DNA of 64,000 bases from Octopus sinensis (Eukaryota): the NCBI RefSeq assembly GCF_006345805.1, contig NC_042997.1:180792001-180856000 (forward strand), written 5' to 3'. Below are positions 41,219 through 54,517 of this stretch, piece by piece. Within the stretch, counting starts at the first letter, position 1. Every line of letters starts with the position of its first letter. The notes below the pieces were generated by a model. It was not told the origin of the DNA. It made no database searches and worked only from the letters and a program-made list of their open reading frames with translations. The position numbers and the translations under genes were made by a program.

Positions 41219-42275
41219 TGTTCATGTGTAGCTTTATAAAAGTTTGATACCGTTTTTTAAGGCAACTCAAAGCTAATTGGTAATATACATGTGTAAATCA
41301 CGTGAAATTATTATAATCCTTGTCAAGAAAATTGGCTGTCAAATGTTAATTGTGTATGCAGCCGTGGATATTGGATCTCGTCATAAACCATGAAATCCAT
41401 CGATTTGTATTATGAATGAACACGTTTCGATATAATTAGAAGTTACTTTTTTGGAATACTACTGTTGATTTTAGTTGAGTGATTGCTTCTATGAATTATT
41501 CTTTCAAATGTGTGAATTCAGAAATTTGTTAAGCGAAAATAGCATGACAAACAAAACATAAATTGTTGAGTTTAATTGCTCTGGGGGATACTATGCATAA
41601 ATACGTTAATGTTCATAATGTATTCAGTATTAGTGACATAACTAATTGGAATAGCTAAAGCTCAGGGGAAAATTTTAAATTTAATTCAATAAGTAATATT
41701 ATTTCACTCAGAATAATCGTTTGCTTGTTTACTTATCTGAAATATCATAATACTAGCTTAGAAGCCGCACTCAACGTGGGCGTTTGAGCTAGCTCCTGTG
41801 GAGGTATAATTAGGCCTGTGGCCCAAAACTGAATAGAGCTAAGTAGCATCATTGGAATACGTCTATAATGATTATATACCTCGGTGTTGTTTGACCAGAG
41901 TTAAACGACGAATGAGAATTAATTATGTAATGCAATCATGCTATTGTTCCAGTCTCAAGTTGAATTACAACTGTAGACCAATGCGAATGTTGGTTGACTG
42001 TCGAATCACCAGCAAGGCTCAGTCAAAATCATAATAATTGAAATGGTATTCATTTCGATTTTATCTATCGAAAGGGATAAACATCCCTCCAGTAAACACT
42101 CATTAATGTTATATCGCCTGAAGAACTGAATCCACGAAGATGATCTACCTGAGACCACGGATACTACAGACAACACTGTCACAATCCCTGGAATATGGGC
42201 TGTGATCTTAAGAAATATGTGATCTGTGGAAACGCACATTGCGATGCTTTAAATGTTTATAAATTCCATCCAAGG

Positions 42276-42338
<63 letters not shown>

Positions 42339-42341
<3 letters not shown>

Positions 42342-45300
42342 TAGTTTTATTTTTATAGAATGCTTTCACTTCACTACCGAGCGCAGCTCTGTGTGCCTTG
42401 GGTATGTGCTGTGATTTGTTGTGATGCTCTGATGGTTATTGTATGGAAAGTGTTTTGCGTAGGATGTGTGCAGTGCCTAGTAGTGCAATTTTCTGTATGT
42501 TATATGTGTTTGTAAGTCCTGGTGTTTTTGTTATGTATTTGTCTGAATATTTTTTTATCATGCCTAATGCACCTACTATGATAGGAATTGTTTCTGTTTT
42601 CAGATTCCACATTCTAGTTACCTCTATTTCCAGGTCTTTGTATTTTGAGAGTTTCTCCATTTCTTTTAGAGACACGTTGTCATCTGCCGGTATTGATACA
42701 TCAATTAGAAAGCATTTTTTTTCTTCATGACCTCTGACAACTATATCTGGTCTGTTGGCCTTAATTTCTCTATCTGTGTGTATCGGCATATCCCAGAGTA
42801 GCGTTGCTTTCTCGTTTTCTGTAACCTTTTCTGGTGTGTGCCTATACCATCTTTTTTCTGTTGTTATTTACCATGAAGGGGCTTTTCTTGCCATCGTTTT
42901 ATCATGGTTCGTTGCTGTTCTATTTTTAGTTTGGATTTCATTTGTTTTATAGCTTTTGTTGTTTCTTCATCATCTTCTTCTTCTTCTTCGTGTTTATTAG
43001 GTGGTATGATTTCTTGTTTGTATTTGTCAGCTTCCTTAAATACTGAGAACAGTTTTTTGTTTTGCTCGTGTTTTGCCGCTATCTGGATCAGTTTTCCTTC
43101 CTTCTGAAATAGGTATTTTTGCAGTCCTATGGTGGTTATTTTATAGTAGTTTTCCAGCTGTATAAGGCCTCTACCACCTTCTATACGTTGTATATATAGT
43201 CTTTCTATGTCAGATTTTGGGTGATGCATCCTAGATCCTGTCATTATTTTTCTTGTTTTCCTATCTATTTTGGTCAGTTCATTTAGTGTCCAGTTAAGGA
43301 TATTGTAGCTGTAACTTATAACTGGGACAGCTAAAGTGTTAATACCTATTATCTTGTTTTTAGCATTGATCTCTGTTTTTAGTATTGATCTAACTCGTCT
43401 ATAATATTCTTTTTTATTTTCTCTTTCATTTGTGAGTATTGTGGATTCCTAAGTATTTGTAAGTTTGGCTTTGGTCTAATTCTTTTATTTCATTGCTTTT
43501 ATCTAGTGTGATGTTGCTAATCTTAACTAGTTTTCCTCTTTTCATGGTTACTTTGGCGCATTTTTCTAATCCAAATTTCATATCTATTTCTTTGGTAAAT
43601 CCATGAACTGTCTTTAGTAGTGTTTCCAGCTGTTTATCATTTGCAGCGTATAGTTTTAGGTCATCCATATATAAAAGGTGGCTGATCGTTTTGCCGTAAC
43701 ATTTATATCCGCATCCAGTTCTATTTTTGTTTGGAGCTGTAGCACTGTTTGCCATTTATTCATAGCGTGCCCTATGAATTTTATAATTGTTGGTGCTGCT
43801 TTGTTAATGGCTAGTGTTTCGATTATCCGTGTGTGGGGGATGCTATCAAACGTCTTTTTGTAGTCGATCCAGGCCATACGGAGGCCTTTCTTCTTTCTGT
43901 GGCTGTCTTCAGTTATGGCTTTATTAATCATTAGTTGATCTTTACAGCCATATGAACCTTTGCGGCATCCTTTCTGCTCTTCTGGAAACAGGTTGTTTTC
44001 GTCCAGGTGCTTGTTCAACCTTTGCGATATCACTGCAGTAAATGCCTTGTACATTGTAGGGAGACAGGTTATTGGTCTGTAGTTTTCTGGTTTTGCGGTC
44101 TCATTTGATTTGGGAATTAAGATGGTTTTCCTCTTCGTGAGCCATTCAGGCATTGTCTCTGGCTCTGTTAGTATGTTGTTAAAGTTATCAGCCAGCTTTT
44201 TGTGCATTCCTGTTAGATATTTCAACCAGAAGTTGGGGATCTTGTCATGCCCAGGTGCTTTCCAGTTGCTTAGTCTTTGCAGTGCCTGGGTGACCTCTTC
44301 AGTTGTTATGGGGGTCCAAAGTTGCTTAGATGCTGAGTTTGTTGTTTTAATACTCCTTTTTTTGGTTGTTCGTTCGCCGACCATATTTCTCACCAGAATT
44401 CTTACACTTTTTCTGCCGTTGGTGTTGCAGTGATTTCTATTTTATTTTTGCCAAGTTCTTGGTAGAACTTTTTGGGGTTGGGGTTGAACTTTTTGTTTTG
44501 TTCAAAGAAGCGCTGGCGTTTCTCGTACCGGCGGATCCTTTGTGCTTTGGCAAGGATATCTTGCTTCAGCTTTTCTTTTATCTCAGGTAAATCTTTTTCT
44601 GTGATGTTATATTTGCGGAGTATTTTTGTTTTCTTTTTGTTGCGCAGTAGCGTTCATTGTCAACTGATTTCATTAAGAATCGACAGATCTTTTCTCATTT
44701 TTTGTATTTTGTTTTGGATGTTATTTATCCACAGGGTTTGTTTGGGTGGTGGTACTCCTGTTTGGATGGGTTTGAGTGAGTATCCAGCTTCTTTTGTGGC
44801 TGCAGTGGCTGACTAAGTCATTTAGCTCAGTGATATTGCTTTTTGTTTCAGTGGCTATTAGTTCCGTGACGGCTAGGTTTATGCTGTTTATAATTGGTGT
44901 TGTTGTTTCGTCTATTTTGATTTTTGGGAGGTATGGTCGGGGGTCCATTTTGAGCTCTGAGGTTTTCAGTTCTTTGATTATTTTACTTTTTATATTATCA
45001 TAATCATTAGGCTCCCCTTCGTTGTTTCCAGGTTTTAGATTTGTGTCGCTTTCTTTCTTATTTATATGTTTGTTTGCCGTGTTTTGGCTTGCTGTTTGTC
45101 GTGTATTATTACGCATCCTTACGGTCTGGGTTTGTTGTTTTTTGTTTACATCGTGTTTGTTGGGAAAGTTACGTTTGTCTTCGTGTTTTACTGTTTCAGT
45201 GTTTATATTATTGGACATTGTTGTGTGGCTTCTATCTACATTTTGCTGGGGTATTTTTTATTTTAGATGTTGTATTTCTATTTCTGATATTTTTTTGCGT

Positions 45301-46034
45301 TGAGAATGTATCTTCGTACGTTAGCTAGTTTATTAGGGTTCATTGCTGTATCCAAGTCTATATTTATGTTATTTTCCTTCCATATTTTATATGTATGCGT
45401 TGTTGCGTTTTCATTTTTTGGGTAGAGCACTGCTGTGAAGTATGCGTGTAGGATAGAAATGTATTCCTCACGTGTCCATTTATGTCTTTTGGGTTTTATT
45501 TGCGGGACATGAGGAACAACGTACGGCCCATTATTTTTACATGAGGAACAACGTCCGGCCCATTATTTTCGTCATTCTCGTAGGGTACCGGTCCGTTCAT
45601 TTCTGTTGTCACATTGTTTTGCACGTTTAGTTTTTCGTACATTTTGTGTTGTAAGTTTAAAGTACGTACCTCCCGATTGTTATTCTTGGGTTGAATAATA
45701 TCGGTGGTATTTAATTTCTTCGTAGTTCCTTTGTACATAGTGTTTGGAGTCGGGGATGATCTGGTGTTGATGGATCGTAATGTGTCACGCATGTTTACAT
45801 GTCTTGTGTTAGAGGTTGAGATGATATCGAGTCAAAATACATCATTTCGTTTCGAAAATAATAATAAATTTCAATGAGTATTACTTACTCGGATACAGTC
45901 CAAACCTTTGTTAGTAAATCTTTGGCTCCCTACGATGTCCTTGTTTTCGATGTTTGTGGATAGATTTCGGAGATCTGTTTTATCGTTCTTACATCTTAAA
46001 GGTCCCCCGGTGTCACCTCCAACGTCTATAGAGG
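42339..46034 (-). mobile_element. R4/Dong-clade RLE non-LTR retrotransposon, near full-length extent, internally deleted, inserted in (AAT)n
   Basis: WKAPGHDKIPNFWLK, YRPITCLPTMYK, QKGCRKGSYGCKDQL, WIDYKKTFDSIPH, LLYMDDLKLYA, HHPKSDIERLY..GGRGL, and C-terminal RPDIVV...LIDVSIP...EKLSKYKDL (PD..D/E.K nuclease); (ATT)n on both flanks (42276-42338, 46037-46170). Confidence 0.92.
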
Positions 46035-46100
<66 letters not shown>

Positions 46101-46108
46101 CATCATCA

Positions 46109-46172
<64 letters not shown>

Positions 46173-46261
46173 ATTTATCCTACATTACATCGGTACAGCT
46201 CGACGCAACCCCAAAAACTGGTTCACCACTCAGCATCATTAGACTGTGGCCGGCATATGCA

Positions 46262-46975
46262 CCACCATACAAAATGTGCATGAGGACATCCGGTACGTGT
46301 CGTATATTATACGGATGGGTCAGTTTATGTCAGATGTAACAAGAGAAAATCTTCCGGACCACGAAAAGCGGTTGCTGGACAAAGAGGGTGGAATGGTTTG
46401 GTTTTTTTCCCCGATGAGAAAAACTTCGATGAGGACTAAGAGGTAAATCGAAGAAATGGCAGACGTTTATGCGGAGACTCGAACAACGTTTCAATGACCA
46501 TGCATACTAAGTTCCCAGCAAATATGATGGTTCTGGGAATGATCAGCCACGAGGGAGATGTCATGTCTCCTCGCATTGTTTCACAGGACTTAAGATTTAA
46601 TGCAGCTTTCTATAGGCGTTGGAGAAAATTGTGAGGCCTTGGATAGACAGATACAGAACGGAAGACCATACGTCTTCTAACAAAACTATGCGGCTTGAGC
46701 ATGAGGACAATCAACCCCCACTTCCATAACACCATACAATCTTTCAAGTTGTCCTTAATTAGCGATGTGTTCAAAATTGATAAAGGTCATCTGATTCAAC
46801 ACTGCCGACTCCGTATTGAAGTAGACACTGATGCTGGCAGCGGATTCATTAAATGTGTTAGAAGGACGTTGAAAATTATTTGTACCAATTTGTTTTCCAA
46901 TACAGTTTTTATTTGCTCAGTTATGCATCAGTCTCTAAATTCATTCGAATGACTTCGAAAACTTGATGCACTCTG
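46262..46975 (+). mobile_element. Tc1/mariner superfamily, maT (DD37D)-like transposase relic, 5'-truncated
   Basis: Across frameshifts: HEDIRYVSYIIRMGQFMS, FF.DEKNF, MHTKFPANMMVLGMISHEGDVM, IVRPWID, GRPYVF; probable right TIR ending ...aacttgatgcactctg. Confidence 0.72.
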
Positions 46976-47178
46976 AATATATATTGACAGGTTTTGTGAA
47001 AATTACGTCATACAGTTTTTAAATATAAAGGGAATATCTAAAAATTAAAAAAAAAAAAAAATTATAAAATCTTTTAACAGAACGTCACTAATCTGTTTGG
47101 AAGACGCTTTTTTCTTGTGTGTGTAAGTGCTTTCGATTAATCGTTTCAAACACACGTGCTGTTGTATGTATGTATGTA

Positions 47179-47262
<84 letters not shown>

Positions 47263-47266
<4 letters not shown>

Positions 47267-47460
47267 ATCCAAACATGAAAAGACAAAGAGAAAACACAAC
47301 AACGCGAGGACGTGGAACAAGTATAGAATTATTGGACGCTCAGGAACAAAGTAAAAAAGGAGGGTTTAACGTTTCGAGCGGAGCTCTTCATCAAAAACAT
47401 AGGAAAAGGAAAGGTCCAAAGAAGGGAAGACGGAGGAAAAAAATCGCCAACGGTACATGT
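47263..47460 (-). mobile_element. Probable Penelope-LTR-like insert carrying a minimal hammerhead motif
   Basis: Complex sequence between (TA)n and (TATG)/(CA)n tracts; motif at 47364-47398. Confidence 0.5.
47364..47398 (-). ncRNA. Minimal type I hammerhead-like motif (C3 to U)
   Basis: GUUU-UUGAUGA-A-GAGC UCC GCUC-GAAA-CG-UU-AAAC; palindromic loop-less stem III (ACGU). Confidence 0.5.
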
Positions 47461-47500
47461 ATATGTATGTATACACACACACACACACACACGTATGTGA

Positions 47501-48380
47501 GTCAATGGACAGACAAAAGCTAAATGCAACTAAACGAGGAAAAATTTGAGCCGATGCAGTTTGGGAGAGAGACTATGCTAAAACAGTCATACTCTCTTCC
47601 TTACAGCACCTAATATTAGCAGAGAACTAGGAGTAATTGCTGACAACAGTCTCAGCTGGAGTGCCCACATCTGCAATAAGATCGATATAGCTCGTAGGAT
47701 GAGCTCCTGGATCCTAAGAACCTTCCGTTCCAGAGAACAAGGTGTCATCATTCTACTTTTCTTCTCCATTGTACGGCCACACCTCGAATACTGTGGGCTC
47801 CTCATACAAAACAAAGTATTTGGAAAATTGAATTACCCCAGAAGACTTTCGCTAAAAGAATTAAGGGCATTACAGATCTCGATTATTGGAATTGCCTTAA
47901 AGCATTGAAACTCTATTCTCTCCAGCGCCGCCCTGAGCGGTACATCATTTACACGATGTGGAGAATATATCACCAGCATTGCCCAAACGACCTCAACATT
48001 TGCTTCGAAATTCATCCAAGGCTAAGACCATGGGCCATAGTCCCCTACCCAATTCAGGATCACAACGCATAAGTACACTGTAACACAATTTCTTTTCCTC
48101 AACAGTCTTGGCCCTATTTAACATTGACACGAAGCATATTCAAGAGGAAAAGGAGCCCATCACTTTTAAACGGAATCTAGACAAATTTTTTCAAGGGTTA
48201 CCAGATAAGCCAACTATATTTGGATACAGCTCACTCAACAAAATCTCCCTACTAGAATGGACATGATACCACAAAACTTGACTTAAAAAGGATTTAGCTA
48301 ATCCTATCAGGTAGTGCTATTAAATTCGACATGGTCTGGACCGATCTTTGTTCGTAACGTAAGTTATCTAAGCTAAGTTA
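47501..48380 (+). mobile_element. 5'-truncated, more diverged relative of the 1.2-5.3 kb LINE
   Basis: DIARRMSSWILRTFRSREQGVIILLFFSIVRPHLEYC, LKLYSLQRRPER, LDKFFQGLPDKP; 3' UTR ggtagtgctattaaattcgacatgg and ctaag tail. Confidence 0.88.
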
Positions 48381-49508
48381 AATGTGTGTGTATCTGTGTG
48401 CGTGTGTATGTGGGTGTGTGTGCGTGTGTAATTGCCTGTATATGTGCGTGTGTAATTGCATGTATATATGTGTGGTTTTATTTGTATAGGTTTGGGTGCT
48501 TCTTGAACTTATATTTCATATATGATTTGTATTCATTTGTTGATAGTTATGCTTACTTTGAAATTTGCAATTTTTCTATTCCCTTTAAATATCTCGAATG
48601 AGTTGTGTTTTCCTGAAGCGTTAAAAGACATGGCTTACGTTTTCAAAACCTATATACTTTTCAACATGTGAGCTTAAACCAATATCTAACTTCAGTAGAG
48701 AAGAAATTCTCTAGAACCGATATTTATCGGATTGTTTGTAACAACCGTAACCATAGCATTCTTGATGTCATTGCAAATAAAATCAAACAATATTCAAATA
48801 GAAAGATAGAAATAATAGAGGGATTAAATGGATTTGCAAGTATGAAACAAATAATGCATTAGCTTAATCGTTTAGGTTCAAATGTCAAATGATGGAAAGA
48901 GAAAAAGTACGACCATGTGTCACTGGACTAGTAGTTGTTCTTTTGCTTCACAAAATAAGCCTCTAAATAAAGGTTGCTTTGTTTTCTTAAAAGAAAACCA
49001 ATATTTAAGAAAAAGAATTCAAAATGATAAATCACTGGGTGACACTTAATGGCTTCAGGAAGAAATATACTTGACTCTTTTGATTACAGAAAAATATATA
49101 GATATAATTAAATAAGCAAAGTACTATATATGTGTGCTAATGAATATATTACCACACGCATATACATTCAAACATTACACTATACACAAACCCACACAGA
49201 AGACACACGTACAACACGCACGCGAAAGCGTAAAAGCGCGCGCAAACACACACTCACACATAATTGTATAAGTTGTCAGTCACTTCAATTCTTTCCGGAA
49301 GCTGGCCTTTCAAGCTGACAGCTGCAATATTATTGCCCAAGAAACATTTCTCTCAGTTTTGTAGACTGATGCGCCTTTATTATATTTCAGTTAGTATTTT
49401 CTCTATTTTCTTCCGGATAAATTCTTTCTATGCAACCTTTATATATTGCTTGTTAAAATAGAAATGGAAGTAAATCCACATTTTACTGTGTTTAAATTGT
49501 GCATCATA

Positions 49509-50388
49509 CGAGGTGGTATTAAAATGTTCGCGGACTAGTTATCTTTAACAAAAAAACCCTAAGTTTTAACATCATCTCCTTTGAAATAGTCACCTTGCGC
49601 AGCAATGCAAAGGTCCCAGCGTTCCTGCCACTTTTGGAATCCAGCCTGGAAGTCGTTTTCCGTAAGCGAGTTGAGGACCTTCTGCAATTCGTTTTGGATC
49701 TCGACAAATGTGTTCAAACGGTGTCCTTTGAGCGGCATTTTCATCTTGAGAAAGAGATGGAAGTTCGCTGGTGCAAAATCTGGCGAATAGGTCGGATGTT
49801 GAAGCGTTATCATATTGTCTTTGGCGAGAAACTTACGAGCTCGGAAAGCTCGGTGACAGAGTACATTGTCGCCGTGAAGAAACCAATTCTTCGCACTCCA
49901 CAGATCCGGTCGCAGTAGATCTCTCAATTGACGGTCTGGCCCAGTCGGATGAATTTTCGATGCACAATACCAGATTTCCGGGGGTGACGCTCGTGGCAGG
50001 TCTTCCAGATCGCTCACCGTCTACAAGAAGTGTTCATCTGCTTTTTAAGCACCCATGCCACTCGAAACATTGCATACGATCCATTGCCTCATCGCTGTAA
50101 GCTTGCCAAAGCATGCTGTATGTCTCAGTTGTAGACTTTCCAAGTTAAACGCAAAATTTCACATTGGCTCTTTGCACGAACTTTCTGTCTATGACAAAAA
50201 ACCGTAGCCTACAACATAGACATGATCACAAAGACACAAATTTCCCAACTTGCGAAGTAAACACAGCGAAATCACTCGGCACACTGCCTCATGAAGAAAA
50301 CTACTAGCTCTCACTACGTACACCACTGTGTGTGGCCATCTGTCGGCTCGCTAGGAAACTAGTGAAGGAACCTTTTGATGCCCCTTCG
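49509..50388 (-). mobile_element. Mariner (DD34D) element, internally deleted
   Basis: TA at both ends (49507-8, 50389-90); ~30-bp imperfect TIRs cgag..ggtattaaaatgttcgcggactagt / actagtgaaggaaccttttgatgccccttcg; WFLHGDN, HPTYSPDFAPANFHLF, RWDLCIAAQGDYF; N-terminal NVKFCV.LGKS. Confidence 0.9.
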
Positions 50389-51493
50389 TATCCCTTCATT
50401 GCTCGTTACATTTAACTGTTTCTCTTTCACCATGTTCGCTTTAATGCGCGTAATTGTACGTATATGTGTCTATTGAATAGTATATTTAAATGTTTGTGTG
50501 ATAATTTGAACCATATAGAGGATGTTTCAATGCATTTGTGCGCTACTGTATTTCTATAAAAGATAAGACGTTTATGCTCGTGAGCATATGTATGTTTTTG
50601 CGTGGGAAACGATGTGTGTGGTTGTCGTGGTATCTGCTAAGAGACTTCCTGGTGGTTGTTATGCGATTTTATTAAATAAAAGAGTTTCTTCAAACGTTAT
50701 TATAAATAACACACAAAAATATCCGAAGAGAAAGTAGAATTTGCAAAGGTTACAGAAATGGATTCTTTTATAATTTCCTGTTATCCTTATTGGTCTCCCG
50801 TTCAGATTTTAAGTAGGTACGTCCGTATGACATGACAGGAATCGTTTAATTTTCTGTGCGTATTCAATATTTTTGTTTCGTATTTCAAGATAGAATGTTC
50901 TTCTATAGTGCAAAGGCCGGAAAAATCGTATGATTATGCATAAATTTTAGCTTTGCCTCATATAATTAATATGTGACATGTTACTTCTTTTTAAAAAGAA
51001 AACAGCCATGTGCGTGTTCAGTCGGCATTATGAAGTTTCTGAATATATAAATATATTGATGCAGTCTGCTCTGAAATTGCTTCAGTGAAACATCTATATC
51101 ATCAATGTCATTGTGGTTAATAAAAGATGTGACAAACGATGCACATATAGTAGATTCTCGTAAGACGATTTCGTTTATTAGGTTTACACATTGAGAGAGA
51201 CAATACAATTTTCGGGCACTATTAGACGTTTTCTTGTGATGCAAATTGTCTTTCTTGTGCACCTGTGTCATAAAAAATAGATTTTTTTAAAAATTATATT
51301 GGGTGAAAACATTAGTCTACCTTCTGGAGTGAGAATAATCTTTGAGACGATATCTTCCATTCGCAGTCTCAACAGACTCTCTAGATATGTTTTTACTTTG
51401 TCTCCTGAAAACCCCATCACTTGAACCGGTGTCGTTTTTGAATGCGCTCTTTCCCCTCTGTGATAACAATACAGAGAAATACTGTCGCACTGT

Positions 51494-51879
51494 GGTGGAA
51501 GCACTCCGTCGGTTACGACGACGAGGGTTCCGGTTGATCCGAATCAACGGAACAGCCTGCTCGTGAAATTAACGTGTAAGTGGCTGAGCACTCCATAGAC
51601 ACGTGCACCCTTAACTTAGTTCTCGGGGATATTCAGCGTTACACAGAGAGTGAGAAGGCCGGCCCCTTGAAATACAGGTACAACAGAAACAGGAAGTAAG
51701 AGTGAGAGAAAGTTGTGGTGAAAGAGTACAGCAGGGATCACCACCATCCCCTGCTGGAGCCTCGTGGAGCTTTTAGGTGTTTTCGCTCAATAAACACTCA
51801 CAACGCCCGGTCTGGGAATCGAAACCGCGATCCTATGACCGCGAGTCCGCTGCCCTAACCACTGGGCCATTGCGCCTCC
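51494..51879 (-). mobile_element. tRNA-Arg(TCG)-derived SINE (family B, tail type 2), full length with perfect 13-bp TSD
   Basis: Head ggaggcgcaatggcccagtggttagggcagcggacTCGcggtc...ggtttcgattcc; TSD actgtcgcactgt at 51481-51493 and 51880-51892. Confidence 0.93.
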
Positions 51880-52711
51880 ACTGTCGCACTGTATACATGA
51901 TGTCTGAAGACTACAAAAATTGTAGTATTTCAACCTCAAGGTGGTGTCTGATCCGTCCAAGTGAAGATCTTTACAGCCATATTCTTCATTTCATAGCACA
52001 ATTTCCTTCAACAGGACGAGAAATTATTCTTATATCCCCATTTCAATTATTCTCTCGAATAAATTTCCATGTAGAACATGTAGATGCAAGTCCTGACATT
52101 GTAGCCCTTAATGACGTCTTCTCCAAACTCATTATGCAGTTCTACAGACCAATTAGTAGTATTAAAACACAGATTACAGCATAAAATTGTTTCCGTTTCC
52201 CAGGCATATGAATCGTCCTTATGTTCCGAGTTCTGCTCCACTCATCGTACTGTAGCTGTTTCTGTGGTTTGCCGTTCCATGATATCCGTTACACCATTAA
52301 ATCTCATAAGATCGTCAGAATTGCAAGATACTTCATCGTGTAGCAATATGTATATCCGTCAAAGCAGTACATAATGCATTTATAAGCAGCAATATTGTCT
52401 TTGAAATTTATTTAATAAGGATTATTGTGAACGGGCATTCAGAATGGCATCTCAAGTAATCATCTATTATTTTGAAGATGATCATCTTTTCGGTGTTGCA
52501 GATTTCACCTAAATGCATCCCTTCTAAATAACATTTGCTCGCTTCTCATTTTCATTTCCTTTCCCCTCGTTGTTCTCTCACTTTCTCCTCGCTATTAAAG
52601 ACCCTAATGCTCACTCAATTGGAACATGTTCGGTGTTAACGGATATGTTTTACACTACGCAGATCTCGTCAGTGAATCATATACAGTTTCGAATGAATTT
52701 ACAGCTTAAAA

Positions 52712-52755
<44 letters not shown>

Positions 52756-53084
52756 GAGAGAGTATACATACTGAACATGTGAGTCAGAAATACAATAAGA
52801 GAACAGTCAGCATATATATAAATATATGTGCGTGTGTGTGTGAGTACGCACACATGTTTTCATGTATATATATAAGAGATAATGGTGTCATTGAAACCCA
52901 AAGATGTCAGGTAATGCTGAATAAGTGCTATAGACAGACCATAGTTAAGTTCCAGATTCGTTAATTTTGCGAATAAGGGGTTCGACGTTGGTTCTATGTC
53001 AGTGTGTGTAGATAAGAATTATTTGCGTAATAAGATAAAAAAAAACCAAGGCTGTATAGACATTAAAGCGTTTATAGATAGATG

Positions 53085-53136
53085 GTCTTACAGCTGTTTC
53101 TAAGATATTTATTAATTACATCCCTTCATCGGAGAC
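53085..53136 (-). ncRNA. Minimal type I hammerhead-like motif (U4 to C)
   Basis: GUCU-CCGAUGA-A-GGGAUGU(9 nt)AUAUCUU-A-GAAA-CAGCUG-UA-AGAC; palindromic CAGCUG stem III, GUA triplet. Confidence 0.5.
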
Positions 53137-53242
53137 GGTGTGAAAGGATGGTTAAGTCATAGTTAGTTTAGATATGATACACCATGGTTCTTTATCTTAT
53201 TACGCAAAAAATTCTTATATATATACATATATATATTTATAG

Positions 53243-53308
<66 letters not shown>

Positions 53309-53373
53309 GGAAGGCATAGCAAAGTAATAACAAAATAACACTTAGTGAGTTTGCATTATCACGTACTACAAAA

Positions 53374-53605
53374 GCAACGGACCTGGCAAAATCGTTATCA
53401 AACCGGGCTAGATGCCTAGCGGTATTTCGTCCGACGTTACGTTCTGAATTCAAATTCCGCCGAGGTCGACTTTGCCTTTCATCCTTTGGGTTCGATTAAA
53501 TAAGTACCAGTTACGCACTGAGGTCGATGTAATCGACTTATTCCGTTTGTCTGTCCTTGTTTGTCCCTTCTGTGTTTAACTCCTTGTGGGTAGTAAAGAA
53601 ATAGG
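53374..53605 (+). mobile_element. SINE family C
   Basis: Reverse complement of 37572-37805, including the tail. Confidence 0.88.
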
Positions 53606-53639
53606 TATTCTACATATTGGAACAATATTTTTATATGCA

Positions 53640-53642
53640 GAT

Positions 53643-53721
<79 letters not shown>

Positions 53722-53727
53722 TAGATG

Positions 53728-53816
<89 letters not shown>

Positions 53817-53832
53817 ATAGATAGAGAGAGAG
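53640..53832. repeat. (GATA)n/(GACA)n microsatellite
   Basis: Direct inspection; a similar (TATC)n tract lies at ~31131-31250. Confidence 0.95.
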
Positions 53833-54344
53833 AATTATATATTGATACGTACACACACACTCACACACGTATATAAATTTACATATATGTGTGTGCGAAT
53901 GTGTATGTGTTTGAATATGGGTTTATGTGTTTCATCGTACACTCCACGTTTTTCTACAACCGCATTGGTTTTCTTGCCAAAATACATGTACAATATCTGT
54001 GGTTTCGTGAAAACTTTAGAACGTAAATATTGCCCAATTTTACTCAAGGTAATTATAAAGTGTCATGTTGAAGAAGAAAATACAATTTGTTACACCTATT
54101 GCATCATTAACATTTATATTACACTTCATTTTTATTTTCTATGTGGCCAACTCCAAAAATTACTTGCCACCCATAGATATTAGAAACACAAGTTCTTATA
54201 AAAAATGTATAAATAATAATTTTGGTAAAAGGGAATGGTATAAACGATAGTTCGCAATTTTGTGTCTTTCCTTATTTCCTTATTATTTATAATGATGTGT
54301 TTCGACGTTGGCTTGATGCCACGAGGTGTATATATATGATGTAC

Positions 54345-54390
<46 letters not shown>

Positions 54391-54442
54391 TATATACACG
54401 CATAAACATATGTGCGTGTGTGCATGTATATAACAATGTATG

Positions 54443-54484
<42 letters not shown>

Positions 54485-54486
54485 CA

Positions 54487-54517
<31 letters not shown>

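Noticed and set aside
45880-46034. HDV-like ribozyme at the 5' end of the Dong-like element
   Set aside because: R2/R4-type elements can carry one, but I found only a weak 6-bp P1 candidate and no P1.1/P2/P3 pseudoknot by eye; it needs a descriptor search.
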